A stretch of DNA of 64,000 nucleotides. It comes from Chiloscyllium plagiosum (lineage: Eukaryota). Within the stretch, counting starts at the first letter, position 1, and each line of letters begins with the position of its first letter. Below, one piece after another: positions 36,101-49,344 of the stretch. Below the pieces are notes generated by a model. The model was given only the letters and a program-made list of their open reading frames with translations. It made no database searches and was not told the DNA's origin. Position numbers and translations under genes: made by a program. The stretch spans positions 27,839,473 to 27,903,472 of the forward strand of contig NC_057720.1 in the NCBI RefSeq assembly GCF_004010195.1, in the 5' to 3' direction.

Positions 36101-36322
36101 GAAATGTGTTGCCGGAAAAGCGCAGCAGGTCAGGCAGCATCCAAGGAGCAGGAGAATCGACGTTTCGGGCATGAGCCCTTCTTCAGGAAGCATGAGCCTG
36201 AAGAAGGGCTCATGCCCGAAACGTCGATTCTCCTGCTCCTTGGTTGCTGCCTGACCTGCTGCGCTTTTCCAGCAACACATTTTCAGCTCTGATCTCCAGC
36301 ATCTGCAGTCCTCACTTTCTCC
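36101..36322. mobile_element. PLE-derived hairpin element, copy 3 (best preserved)
   Basis: Near-perfect inverted arms. Exact 15-bp TSD taccagtttatagtt at 36086-36100 and 36323-36337. Confidence 0.9.
36195..36230 (+). ncRNA. Minimal type I hammerhead ribozyme-like motif (mirror copy on the minus strand at ~36156-36189)
   Basis: CTGAAGA (36198-36204), extra A, stem II GGGC-TCAT-GCCC, then GAAA-CGTC. Stem III is reduced to the ACGT palindrome, with a GUC putative cleavage triplet. Stem I is weak. Confidence 0.55.
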
Positions 36323-39300
36323 TACCAGTTTATAGTTTCAAGTTATCCATTTAAGTGAGTGCATCACTAAGGCTTGGGAAAACTTGCTTTACATTTATTT
36401 GCAACTGTTCTCTGAAATTGTCTAGCCCTCTCAAAGCCTTTCAAGAAGAAAGGCCGTGACTGCAGCAGTGCAGGTTAGTAGTCTCCAGAATACTAATAGC
36501 AGAAGAAAAGTAGTCCTGTGTGGCTTAATGCCAGTGAGAAAAAAGCTTCAGAAAGCTGAAAGAAGAATAAGAATTTAAGGGTTCCAAGTTAAGAAATAAG
36601 TGAGTAGTGTTAGCAATTTTATTGAAGGGTTTCAGGAAGAGATATTTTACTTAATATCATTGAATGAATGCTGACATTTGCCAAAACAAAAATGCTTACA
36701 TCATGCCAACTGAGCAAGGAACTTTGAAGTGGATGCAGGGTGATCCTTCACTGAGGTTTGGATATCTAAATGGCTGTCATTAAGGGTAAATGTGTTGAGT
36801 CTTTATTTCTGATAATTGTAATGAGCCTATTTCAAATAGTTTTTGTATAGTGTAAAATATTTTGCATGTTTTCATTTTTTGTCAGGTAAACTTTGATCTT
36901 TTGTTAAAAGATAATTGGCAGACTCTTATGAATATATTCAGTCATTGTTCACCACGGTTAACAAAGAGCAAAAATAAAACATTATGGTTTGTCAAGTCAG
37001 GTTTCACTTTGCAATCTTAATCATTCAGTATTACCATCAGCTGAGATCATAACAAGAATGACATGCTCTTCTTTGAATAGTTCCATGGGATCATGAATGT
37101 TCCTATCAAATAAATAGCTTGGATGTTCATTTAATACCACATTGATTTGTAACAAATTAGGAAAGGGAGTTCAGTTTGATGAGACACTTATCAAGGTAAT
37201 TGGCATTATAATCTATATCACAAATACATTCAATTTGACAATGAACAATTAGACCCTTCTATAAATTAAGTGGAAGGTACATGAATGCAATCAGTTTGAC
37301 TTGGTGGGAGCAGATCTTACTTTGTATGTTAGTTTTGAATGACTGATCGATTCATTCAAGTTATTAACAAATGGAACTCACTTAACTAAATCCTAAGCTA
37401 AGAGTCACCATCTTCAAATCAAGGCTGAAGAAATGGAGATGCAAGAGTTAATTATCTTTTTAGTAGAAAGTCAAAGAACTAGTACAGTAGTTTCAGGTTG
37501 ATTTAAGAGAATAACTTTTTTAAAAAGAACATTACAGGAAATAACAAGGTTTTAATGAGTAACAGCAAACTGCTACAACAAAATCGCCAAATATGATCAC
37601 ATCTGTAATAGATGTTCCACCTCACTGGGGTAGCACACTGGAAATCCAATATTCCAGGAGTTGTCATAAAAGTTAAAGTTGAGAAAAAGTATGCAGAATT
37701 CCCCAAATTATCTGAATTTTAGACCCAGGTTAACAGAAAGCATAGACTAGATTTCAGTGCTTTTTTTTACAGTTGTGGCAGAAATGACCATTTTCTGTTG
37801 TAGGTTGTTGATTAGATATCATCTTGTTCAGAGCACACCTAAGGCCAGTTTTTGCTGATTGTTTAAACAATTTTGTCTGGAACATACATCAGTCTGGATA
37901 CATTTTATACCTTCTATGAACTTAAAATTCTAATAGCTTTAAACTAGTCCTATAAAACTTAGGCATACCCCTTAATATTTTGTGACTGTGTACCCTAAGT
38001 TCCTTTGCTGTTCCATTCCTGAAACGCTATTTCAATTCAGATGTTTTTACTCGTATGAATCACCTGATAATTACTGATATTGAGTTAGATTTAATGCTTT
38101 TCAGCTCATTCAGCATTTTATTCTCTTTGCTACTTCAGTTGGTCACCTGAATTAACAATGCCTTTTATGTTGTATTAAATAAAAGTTTTGACCCCATTCT
38201 CTCCATGCGCATATCTAGATTATTGCTTTAGAGAATGAAAGAAGTGACCTTAGAACTGAATGCTGTGTGACATTGCTACTTCCTTCCAGCACTGAAAAAA
38301 CTATGTTGAAGCCTAGGAGCAGATTTCAATGCCATGATCAGTGTTGGAACAGAGTGGGTGAAGAATATAAAAATAGTGGAGTCTAGAATTGTGACCATGC
38401 ACCCTTCCCATGATGTGGGGCTTTTAAAGGCATTTGGTAAGGGAACTAATATTGAAGCCAGATGTAGCACTTGTACCTGTGCTGGCTGTTTTGGAAGGTG
38501 GACATTTTAGATTCCTTGCTGTTTCCAAAATGTTGGGCCCCTTCTGACAGGTGACATTCATGGTACCTCAGAAGTTATGGGTAAAACTTTGCTGGAATCA
38601 GGAACCTCTTGAGAGTTGAATTCAAAAGATGTTGACTACTTCACATTATAATGTAATGATATATGATAAATCAAATACAATGGCAACATAATGGTTATGA
38701 TAGGACTTTGTTTAGAAAAGTGACCATTAAATTGTGGAGCATTGAATGTTTACAGATGCATGAGATTACTTTGTCCTCTGGATAAAATATTCAAGATTCA
38801 AAAGTATTGGGTTTAAGATTTTAATCAGTTGATTTATTTTTTTTATTAACTTATTTTTTCTTTGACAATTCAATCATCTGCTGAACATTTTAAGCAGCAT
38901 AACATCTGTTCTATTACTCCAAAGATATTGATGTATTGGGCTTTGGAGATTTTGTTGGCATCTGTGTAGTGGAATCTTGTAATGAATACTTGTCTGTTCT
39001 TCAAACTCTGCCTAGGAATTGAATTCCTAAAGGATGTTGGTATAACTGTCATCTTTGAAAATTGAAAGCTTTGTTTTGACTAACAGTTTTGTGACCAATT
39101 AAGAGGATATGTTTTTTGAGGGGTTTTACATTTTTTTTTAGTTTAATCAGTACTTAAGATCACAATGTTTAAAATTGGTGTTTGGCTGTGTTTTATTCAC
39201 AGCTTTATTGGTATTTAAGGTTATGAATTTTAAATTTCAGTTGGTTTATGGATGACTGTGTGCTTGATTTAACAGACTTGTCTGCTCTAAGATGCATCTT

Positions 39301-40695
39301 GAGAGATTTTTGAATGTTTCAAAAAACTTCCAATATCAGTTCCATCAGTAATGGATACCAGGTAAGCTGGGTCTCAGTAAGTCTCTGTTCCTGATTTTGG
39401 CCTTGTGGACAGGCTTTGGAGAGTTTATTCGCCGCAAAACTTTTTTAAGCAACCACAACCATAAACTACTCACTTGATTTAGGTTTTATTTTTGACACTG
39501 GCATAAATATTTACACTCCTCATTTGTTTTTGTAATTAGCATAAAGATTGCAAAGAAGCAGGACAAATGGACATTTTGGATTTCGGGAATAATAGCCCTT
39601 TTTATGAATGAAATTAGCAGTATTTGAACAGCAACAGATTTTAAATGGTTAAATTGAGCAAATCTGTCACAAACTATTAAACAGAGAAACCCATTGACAG
39701 TTAAGCTTGTACTGAGATACTTTTCACTAGTGTGTAAAACATTCATTATTTGACATGAGTATAAAGGAGAAATGCAAGCAACTCTGAAATGGTTAGCTTT
39801 TGCAATGAGTAATTGGCTAAAGGCAAATAGTTGTAGAGGATAAAGAGGTTAACTATATACTTCTATATAAAGGATCACTTGTACTCAGCTGCTTTTGTCA
39901 GTCAGCCAATTCCTTGGTTAAGGAGAGACTATTCCTTGCCCTTGGCACACACAGTAAGGGCTCTTTAACACGCAACAAATCTACTTGGTTGAAATTTCCA
40001 CTATCCAGTCAAATTCTGTTGCAGAATTTAAAAAAAAAATCTATAAACATGTTTGCTCTAAATGATTTCTTACTGTGAGATTAAATACTTAACCTTCCAT
40101 GATGGTCAAAAACTGACTTTTAAAGGAACGCTGTCAGTAATGTGGACAGGAATGTGTTTTTTTTTAAATCCAGTATAACTACCAAGAATTCTCTGATTAG
40201 ACATAAATAATGTCTAGAACAAATCTTCCAAGAGCACTGCACCAAATCTTGCTATCAAATTGTGGTATGGATTTGTAAACACTAGGACATTTTTAGCCCA
40301 TTAATTGGGAACTAATTGAAACTCTCATCCCAGGCATGAAATTACCTCACCATTTACAGTATCACCCTGAAAGTTTTAGGTGTTTAGAAAAGTGCTATAA
40401 ATGTTAAGTAGTTTTTGAGTTCTGTTTTGAGGTCTATTTATATCTGATTCCAATCTCCAGATTCAATGAGTAATATCTTTGCCAAATTAGTTAATCTGTA
40501 AGATGTCTTAACAATAGAAATGTAATTGCAGTGACAAATGAGAAAAAGCTGTTCCCGGGGAATAAGTAATAAATAAACACTGGCAATTTTTAAAAGGATT
40601 CTGTGGCTTACTGTGTACTAAATTACTTTGCATGATCTCAAAAATTATGAACAGCAAGGCCCAATTTGGCCTATTGTAGTTTAGTGCCAGACAAT

Positions 40696-40982
40696 GGGTG
40701 GCATGGTGGCTCAGTGGTTAGCACTGCTGTCTCTCAGTGCCAAGGACCTGGGTTCAATTCCAGCCTCTGGCGACTGTGTGGAATCCAAAGATGTGCAGGT
40801 TAAGTGAACTGGCTATGCTAAATTGTCCATAATGTTCAGGGATGTGTAAGTTAGGTGTATTAGTCAGGGGAAATGTAGTGCAATAGGGTAGGGGAATTGG
40901 TCTGGGTGGGGTACTCTTTGGAGGGTGGTGTGGACTTGTTGGGCCAAATGGCTTGTTTCCACACTGTAGGGACTCTATTCTA
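40696..40982 (+). mobile_element. HE1-type V-SINE with an internal deletion
   Basis: Head and tail are typical; most of the V-domain is missing. Confidence 0.85.
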
Positions 40983-43519
40983 AAAATAATTTCAGATCTT
41001 TTGCCTACATTACTTCTACCCAGTTATTCAATTATATAAACTGGCCATAACTTTCTTCAGCAGATTTTCACATTGACTTCCTGGGCTGCATTTTAATTTT
41101 AGAGGTGGGGAATCAGAAGTCAGAGATTTCCATATGTCACACTCTACCACTTGACCAATGGTGCTGTGCATACTATTTTCATGACCGATTTGGGCATGGA
41201 CTGAAGTTCAGCAACTCCCTCTGGAGGTAGGCCAAGGAGGTTCTCAGGTGAAGTTGGCCTGCCTCCATTCATGAAGATAATGGCCCAGTTCTGGAGATAA
41301 GTGTGCCTCCTGACCCTAACCTCTTCCATCATATTCCCATATAGTATTCATCACCGATTTCTATAATCCTCTGACCCATGTGTCCAGTATTCTCTATAAA
41401 TAGAACTCTCTCACTAATTACACTGGGAAGTCTGAGAAGTTCAGAAACCTGTCAAAATAAATAGTTGTATTTAAATATACATTAAAAAAAACTTAATCCT
41501 CTTTACAGCTCCTAAAACTGTTGAAATAACGAGGATTACATTTTGTTGAAGTGTGTCAGGTTTGCTGAGTAGAATCCAGTAGTAGGAATGGAAGTCCACA
41601 GAGCCATCATAATAGGATTCCACTGAATTACTTTATAAATGACGCCTGCTGAGCTAAATTCTACTGAGAGTTTACAACTCAGCAAAGCATTCAACAACTG
41701 TGTAAATAAAATCTCTGGAGCCAAATATGTTAAAACCTTTTGAAGACAGCCAGGATATCAGTAATTAGTCAAAGTTTTGAAACAGCCAAAGCAGGATTGT
41801 CTGATTTGGATTTCACCATTGTGTATGTAAAATAGCACATTTTCAGGTAGATGATGCACTTTTAAGCTTTGAAAACGTTTCAATTTTCACAATGCTATTC
41901 ATTGCTTTGACACATTGACACATTGCCAGATATCAAAAGCAACAACCTGGCAAATGCATCTTTAATGGTAGATTCCCTTTCAAACATCACTCTTAGTATT
42001 AAAAATTATATATAACTTACACAGCATTTTATAATTGGCATTTGAAGTTAGAAACAAATTTTGAATTTACCTTTCTTTGCAGTTCCCAATTATAAATCAA
42101 GTTTCATAATATTTCTGAGTTGATGTGAATCATTTTCCAAAAGCAGCCAGATTCCTTAAATTGTGGACGATCTGAAATGCCTGCTTCTGCTACAGAGTCA
42201 GAAATGTAAGGACATAAATATGAGTATTTCCAAGTGTATCACTGAAAATTTGCTGGCACTGGAAATGTGGGTAGAAATCATGGAAATAGGTCCAGTACAC
42301 TAATTTTAAAGCATGCCAAATGTGACTTAGTCCAACAGGAGGACAGGAAAATCTGGCCCCTTAAATTTGTTGCCTTGCCTTACCATTATAATTTATTTTG
42401 AAGCAATTTTCCAGGTCTACTACTTCCATACATTTATTTTTGCATACATCTGGAGAAGATCACCCCTCGAGCATCAGATGCAATGACAAAGTCTTTTCTG
42501 AGGGCAGAATTTCTTGGTGTAGTGGAATTTTCACATATGCTATATAGCCAATTTTAAATACCACTGGGTGCACTTTGTAAATGTGCAGCTCAAGCATGAG
42601 TGAAAACATAGCAAAGTCATAAAGAAATTATTACATCAGTAGTATGTGCCTGAACTCTCATTAATAGCATAAACAAATTAGAAATTACTGTATATAATGA
42701 ATTGCATCCTGTTTCGCAATCCAGTTTTCACACATGCAAGAGACATAATTGGGAAAACAATTATCAGACATGGATCTGAAAATATTTTAATTCCTACCTT
42801 TCCCAACTTTGAGAAGTACAAGAAATGTAACCATGCTGCTTTGCACTTCGGAGGTTAAGGATTCCTTTGCTTCAACATATTAGCGTATGCAGGAAAATAA
42901 TACTTGACAGAAATGCTAGCTTTTTCTCGTGAAATTTGGTCAGTAGCATTATTATTGTGACATGGTTGCAATTTTGTGTTCATACAGAGCCATTATCTGA
43001 TACTGTTTTGTTATATTTGCAACAACGCACCCATTTGATAGAAAATACCATCTTTTGGTGCAGTTGATTATCATGAGATATATCACATTTTCTTTACAGT
43101 TTCATGGTAGGAATAATATGAAATACTACACTTATAGTGAATGCATTGAGAAAATATGTTCTTGAGCATGTGATAAAGACTGCTTCATTATTTTAAGATT
43201 CCAAACCAAGGAAGTGGAAAGGCTTTATTAATAATATTAGTCTTTTTCAAAAAATTGAAATTATGGTTGATGCTCTGTAAAATAAAACTGTCAACTGAGT
43301 TTGGATACTGTGCCTGCCAGTCACCGCTGCGCTGATGAACTTTAGGATATCTAAAATTTTTAATTTACTACGAACGTGCATATTTCTTCTGCTTCACTGG
43401 TATGTGCTCCTAATTCTTTGCATAAAATGTGTTCAGGCAATGCTTTAATTGGGGTAAGATGGTCTGGCTAGTTTGGCAATTGGCAGGATACCCAAATTTG
43501 TGATTTTAAATTGGGATTT

Positions 43520-46500
43520 ACCCCTCGGTACATATTGGTACCAACGATAAAAGTAGGAAAAGGGATAATATCCTGAAGATTAATTATAGGGAGTTAGGCA
43601 GTAGGTTAAAATGCAATACTTCAAGGGTAGCAACTTCTGGACTACTTCCTGTGCCATGTGTTAGCCAGAGTAGGAATAGATGGGTTTCGTGGATGAATGC
43701 ATGGCTTGAGAGCTGGTGCGGGGGAAAGGAATTCAGATTCTTGGATCTTTGGGATCTGTTCTGGGGTAGAGATGACCTGTACAATATGCATGGGTTGCAG
43801 CTGAACTGGAGGGGCCCAATATCCTGGCGGGGAGATTTGATAGAGGCACTTGAGAGCATTTGAACTAGTCTGGCAAGAGGTGGGATCCCAAGTAGTAAGG
43901 AGAAGAAAGAGAAGGTTGAGGACAGTACAAAAGCAATGTTGGTAGTTCTAAAACTAGACATGGCAGGCAATTGCACAGCAGGAAGGTAGGGAAGTCCTGG
44001 GTTAAACGGCATTAATTTCAATGCAAGAGGCCTGAGGTAAGGCAAATGAACTTTGAGCATGGATGGGTACATAGGACTGAGAAATTGTAGCTAGTATAGA
44101 AACATGACTGAGGGAGGGACAGGACTGGCAGCTCAGTGTTCCAGGGTATAGGTGCTATAGGAAAGATAGAAGGCGAGGCAAGAGGGGAGGTGGAGTTGCG
44201 TTTTTGACTTGGGAGAACATCATGGCAGCACTGAGAGAAGACCTTCTTGAGGGTTTACATGGGTGTATATATAGTCTATATGGGTAGAACTGAGATAAAA
44301 AGGGGGAGATCACTTTGATAGCATCATTCTATGCTATCAGTTTCTGATAGCTCCCCAACAGTCAGCATGAGATTGAGGAACAAATATGTAAGGAGATCGC
44401 AGGTAGCTGCAAGAACATTGGATTGTCAAAGTAGGGGATTTCAACTTCCCTAACATCGACTGGGATTGCCATAGTGTTAAGGACTTGAATGGAGAGAAAT
44501 TTAAGTGTCTTTAGGAAGAATTTCTCATGCAGTATGTAGATTACTTTACTAGAGAAGGGGAAAAATCTAACCACCACTTGAGAAATAAGGCAGGGCAAGT
44601 GACAGGAGTGTTATTAGGGGAGCACTTTGGGACCAGTGACAATAATTTCAATAGTTTTTAAATCATAATGGAAAGGATAGGTCTGGTCCACAAGTGAAAG
44701 TTCTAAATTGGGGCAAGGCCAATTTTGCTGGTCTTGGATAGGAAATTTCAAAAGTTAATTGGGCAAGGCTGTTTGCAGGCAAAGGGACATCTAGTAAGTG
44801 GGAGGCTTTCAAAAATGAATTAATAAGGGCTCAGGGCCAGCATGTTTCTGTTAGTGAAGGGCAAGGCTGGCAGGAATTGTGAACTGTGCTTGACTATTGT
44901 TATTGAGGCTCTGGTCAAGAAATAACAAGGAGGCATATGACATGTATAGGCAGCTGGGACCAAGTGAAATCCTGGAAGAGTATTGAGGGTGTTTGAGAAC
45001 ACTGAGGGAAATCAGAAGGACTAAAATCGACACGACGGGGCTTTGGCAGATAAGATAAAGGAGAATTCAAAGAAATTCGACAAGTACATACATGGCAAAA
45101 GAGTAACTTGAGAGAGATTAGGGCATCTCAAAGATCAACAAGGTTATCTATGTGCAGAGCCACAAGAGGTGGGTGAGATCGTAAATGAATATTTATTGTT
45201 AGTATTTACCATTGAGAAAGGTGTGGATGCTAGGAAACTTGGTGAAATAAATAGTGATATCTTGAAGGGAGTCCACATTACAGAAAAGGAGGTGCTGGAA
45301 GTCCGAAAATGCATTTAAGGTAGATAAATCCCCATGACCTGATGAAGTGTATCCCAGGACTCTGTGAAATGTTAAACAATTCATTTGTTCTGCCGACCTG
45401 TAAGAAATTGCATGTCCCGGGGTGGGGGAGTGTTCCTGTCTTGCAGGCAGAATGTGAAAATCTCACCGCATCCTGCTATTCAGAGTAAATGTACATTGTC
45501 ATCTCCTGCTATTATCAATATGAACATTGCAGTTAAAATTCTGACCATACCCTGCAGTTTTAAAAAAAAAGATTTATACCAGATCTTGCCATTAAGGAAT
45601 GATCTACATCACATTTGTTTCTGGAAATAATCAAATTACTACATTTGTCTTGAGTGACATGTGACTATGCAGAAGTGGCTGGGAGTTGTCTTGTGGGCTT
45701 TACAGACTGTGATGTAAAAATCTTGTATAAAGGAAAAACAGGGAAGTCTATGTACAGGGAGATCTCTTGACATGGTTTCGCAAGCATCGAGAAGAGTGTT
45801 AAGGGTTCCCCCAGAGCTTGTACTTGCTTAATAAATTTTGGCTGTTCACAAAAGTTGGCATATTGCAGTTTAAAGTGTGTAAGACTCTCAGAAAAAGAAC
45901 CTAATGTATGTGGGAGACTAGGGAGGAAACTGCGGGGTCCCTAGTGGAAATATTTATATCATTGATAGCCACGGGCAAAGTGCCTGAAAATTGGAGGGTG
46001 GCTAATATTGTGCCATTTTTAAAGAAAAACTGCAGGGAATGGTCTGGGAACTACAGACTGATGAGCCTAAGATCTGTGATGGGTAAGTTGTTAGAGGGGA
46101 TTCTGACAGACAGGACCAACAGGCCTTTGGAGAGGCAAGGCATTGAGTATAGGAGTTGAGATATCTTGTTACAGCTGCTCTAAATGTTGGTGAGGCTATA
46201 TTTGGGGTACTGAGTGCATTATGGGTCATCCTACTTTAGAAAGGATATTATTTAAACTAGAAACGGTGCAGAAAAGATTTACTAGGAAGCTACCTGAGCT
46301 GGAAGGTGTGACTTATAAGGAGAGCTTGAATAGACTGGAATTTTTATCCCTGGAGCATGAGAGACATAGATAAGAAAGATAGCCAATAACTTTTCCCCAT
46401 GGTAGGGGAGTCTAAAACTAGAGGGTATAGGTTTAAGGTGAGGGGTGGGGAGATAGAAAAGGGTCCGGGGGCAATGTTTTCACATAGAGGGTGGGGAGTT

Positions 46501-46678
46501 TCTGGAATGGGCTGCCATAGTGGTGGAAGCGAGTAAAGTTTTGCCATTTAAGAAACATTTAGACATAGATGGGATAAGGACCAAACATAGGCAAATGGAA
46601 TGAGTTTAATTGTGAAAACAGTGAGCAAGGCAAATTGGGCCGAAGGCCTATTTCCATGGTGCAGACCTCCATGACTCA
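43520..46678 (+). mobile_element. Decayed CR1 LINE (ORF1 esterase-like C-terminus, APE, partial RT, 3' end), split by a solo LTR
   Basis: VVHIGTND, NAWLESWCGGKEFRFLDLWDLFWGRDDLY..GL(H)LN (SGNH-like CR1 ORF1), GGGVA, GDFNFPNIDW, WRVANIVP..YRLMSL, and a CR1 tail. Confidence 0.85.
45365..45906 (+). mobile_element. Solo LTR of the same family as the RBPMS2-carrying element
   Basis: Collinear with the reverse complement of 33808-34381 (e.g. ccattaaggaatgat, ttgtttctggaaat, cttaataaatttt). It interrupts the CR1 between caggactctg and tgggagac, with an imperfect tctg/tatg duplication. Confidence 0.78.
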
Positions 46679-47249
46679 ATAACTGTAATAGTGCAAACGC
46701 CAGCTATTGAGATTGGGTGCTCTGACGTTATATGCTATGATCAAGTAGCTCTGGTGTGAGTTTTTTAAATGTGCAGAAGTTAGTTTAAATATTCTGACAA
46801 TGGATTCATTGAATTTAATGTAATTGAAGCCCATTAGTTTAAAGCAGCTTAAGTATAATTCATGAGCAGCCACTAAATTTTAGTATACTCAGGGATAATT
46901 GGCAGTTGGTTCAATAATGACCTGTGAGCCAATGTGTTTCCCTCATGTGCCCAATCCCATCTCCAAAGTAATTCATAAACATTGTTACTGCCAGGAGACA
47001 GATGTGTGATCTGTCCTGCAATTAAGTAGGCCTGGCTGATAGTGCAACAGGACTGTATCAAATACCGTCCACAATTTTCCATTTTGTTTTGTTTTTGGGA
47101 CGTGAGATTTGGTAGCAAGGCCAGAATTTGTTGCCTGTCCCTAAATGCCAGCCACTACCCTTTGGCTCAGACAACACTAAAGTGTTTGCAACACTGGCAT
47201 CCTGTTCAATTCCATACTCTCTACATTATGAACACTTTGCTTACTTCAA

Positions 47250-47410
47250 GGTCACACATTATAAGAGCCATCTTTACTTCTATCTTGAATCAATATCTTG
47301 CTGAAACTCTGGTAAAATCTGTTGTTTTTGTCACCTCCAGACTCAACTATTCAAATGCTCCCCTGCCCTGTCTCATTTTATACTTCCTCCACAAACTTTA
47401 AATCATCTGT
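47250..47410 (+). mobile_element. L2-clade LINE fragment
   Basis: AETLVKSVVFVTSRLNYSNA resembles the L2 motif AETLVHAFVTSRLDYCN. Confidence 0.6.
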
Positions 47411-48837
47411 CCATATGCTACACTGAATTCCAGTATTCCAGTTCTGACAAATTAAATACTCTCCAGTAGAGGTGCCACTTCTGTATCATGGTTCAGCTTC
47501 ATCTCAGTTTATCTACTACTAAAACCTGTATTCGTACTTTTGTTACCTTTGGGCTATTCCAATGCTCTCCTACATTTTTCCTTGTTTAGACATGAGATCA
47601 TGGATAAAATTCTGGTGTCACTGTCTTTACTCGCACAAAGTTCTATTGAAATATCATCCAATCTTGTGTTGACCAAGATTGGCTTTTGGTCAAGGGCCAC
47701 AGAGTTGTTTGGCACAGAAGAAGGCCATTTTGTCCATCCTACTTGCACTAGCTCTTCAAATGAGCATAATTACCGAGTGCCAATCTCCTGCCTTTTCCCC
47801 GCATCCTCACACCCTATTTCTATCCAGTGCCCTTTTAAGTGCCCCCATTGAACCTGCTTCCACACGTTTCCAGAACATTCCATACCTTAACTATTTGCAA
47901 TATGAAAATGCTTTCCCTCCCGTCATCATTGCTTCTTTTATACATCACTATAAATATGTGCCCTCTTGTTGTTCCTTTTTACCAGTGGGAACAGTTTCTC
48001 CCTTTCTACTTTATCTAGCCAGCTCAAGATTTTGAAAATCTCAATCAAGTTTCCTCTCAGCATTCTTCTCTCCAAGAGAACCGGACAAATTTCTTCAATC
48101 TATCCTCTATAAATTAAATTAAATTTCCCATTCTGGGAATTTGATTCATATATATTGTTTCTGTAGTCTCTTCTGTAGTTTTAAAATTCTAATCCTTGTT
48201 ATCAATCCCTGCATGCTTCACTTTTTTTTTAGAGGTGTATCCATATGCTGAATCAGGTAGCTGAAGACGTTCTTTGATTGTTATCTAGTAGTTCAGCACA
48301 AATACCAGTTTCTTTCCTTCCCTTCTGGACCTTCTCCATACCCAGAAGCAAAGTCCTATTGAGGGAATCTTCTGAATGCATCTCAGTAAAATGGTAATGT
48401 GAGAAACGAAGCTCACTGTTCAATAATTTCAGTCAGTCAAATTCTGAAGCAGCAGTTTTATTCATATGTTCTTGCAAGCCCGGGTGACCACAGAATAGGC
48501 ACACTTTTACAGTTTTCTATGAGCCTCCCTGTAGCTCCCCTTTTACCTCATATGTGACAGTTGTATTGCTCTGTGCATCTGCTAATCTAATCAGTTTACC
48601 ACACCTGTCTGTGGCCTGTTGTTAGCGTGCAACCCCTCCCCACCCCCACTCCCCCATGATAGCTGGGTCTTATTACTTTCGTTGATGCAACACTGGGTCT
48701 TATTTGGTTATCTTGTTCATACTAACTCCCTATGTGCGTCACAATTGGAACTGTCATGTCAATACATCTGTTTCTACCAGTCGACCACCTCCCTTTTTTG
48801 GTTAGTTATTTCTTGGTATACACCCTCATGATTTCTG

Positions 48838-49040
48838 CTGAAAATGTGTTGCTGGAAAAGCGCAGCAGGTCAGGCAGCATCCAGGGAACAAGAGAATCGA
48901 CGTTTCGGGCATAAGCCCTTCTTCAGGAATGCCCGAAACGTCGATTGTCTTGTTCCCTGGATGCTGCCTGACCTGCTGCGCTTTTCCAGCAACACATTTT
49001 CAGCTCTGATCTCCAGCATCTGCAGACCTCACTTTCTCCT
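48838..49040. mobile_element. PLE-derived hairpin element, copy 4
   Basis: Inverted arms. Degenerate flanking duplication acc(c/t)tcatgatt. Confidence 0.82.
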
Positions 49041-49344
49041 TTTTACCTTCATGATTCCGCCTTGCGATTTCTGCAGAAGCAAGATGCAGCTATTTGTAGC
49101 AGTTTGTGTAAGCATATCTAGCTTAACAAACACCCCCCTCATAATTCAGCCTTGTGATTTTTGCAGAAACAACATTTGCAAGCACCTCTCTCAGTAAGAC
49201 AAACATAGCATGGTTCTTGACCTTTGTGTGTGCTTCATTTTTAAAAAATAATCCTAAAATGTTGTGCAAAATAAGTGAAAATGCCAAACTTTGACATTGT
49301 TAGATCGGTAACATAATGTAACCATGTATCTATTGTCATGGTCA

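Noticed and set aside
42070..42210. Exon-like segment with splice-like sites on both strands
   Set aside because: All frames contain stops and I recognise no homology.
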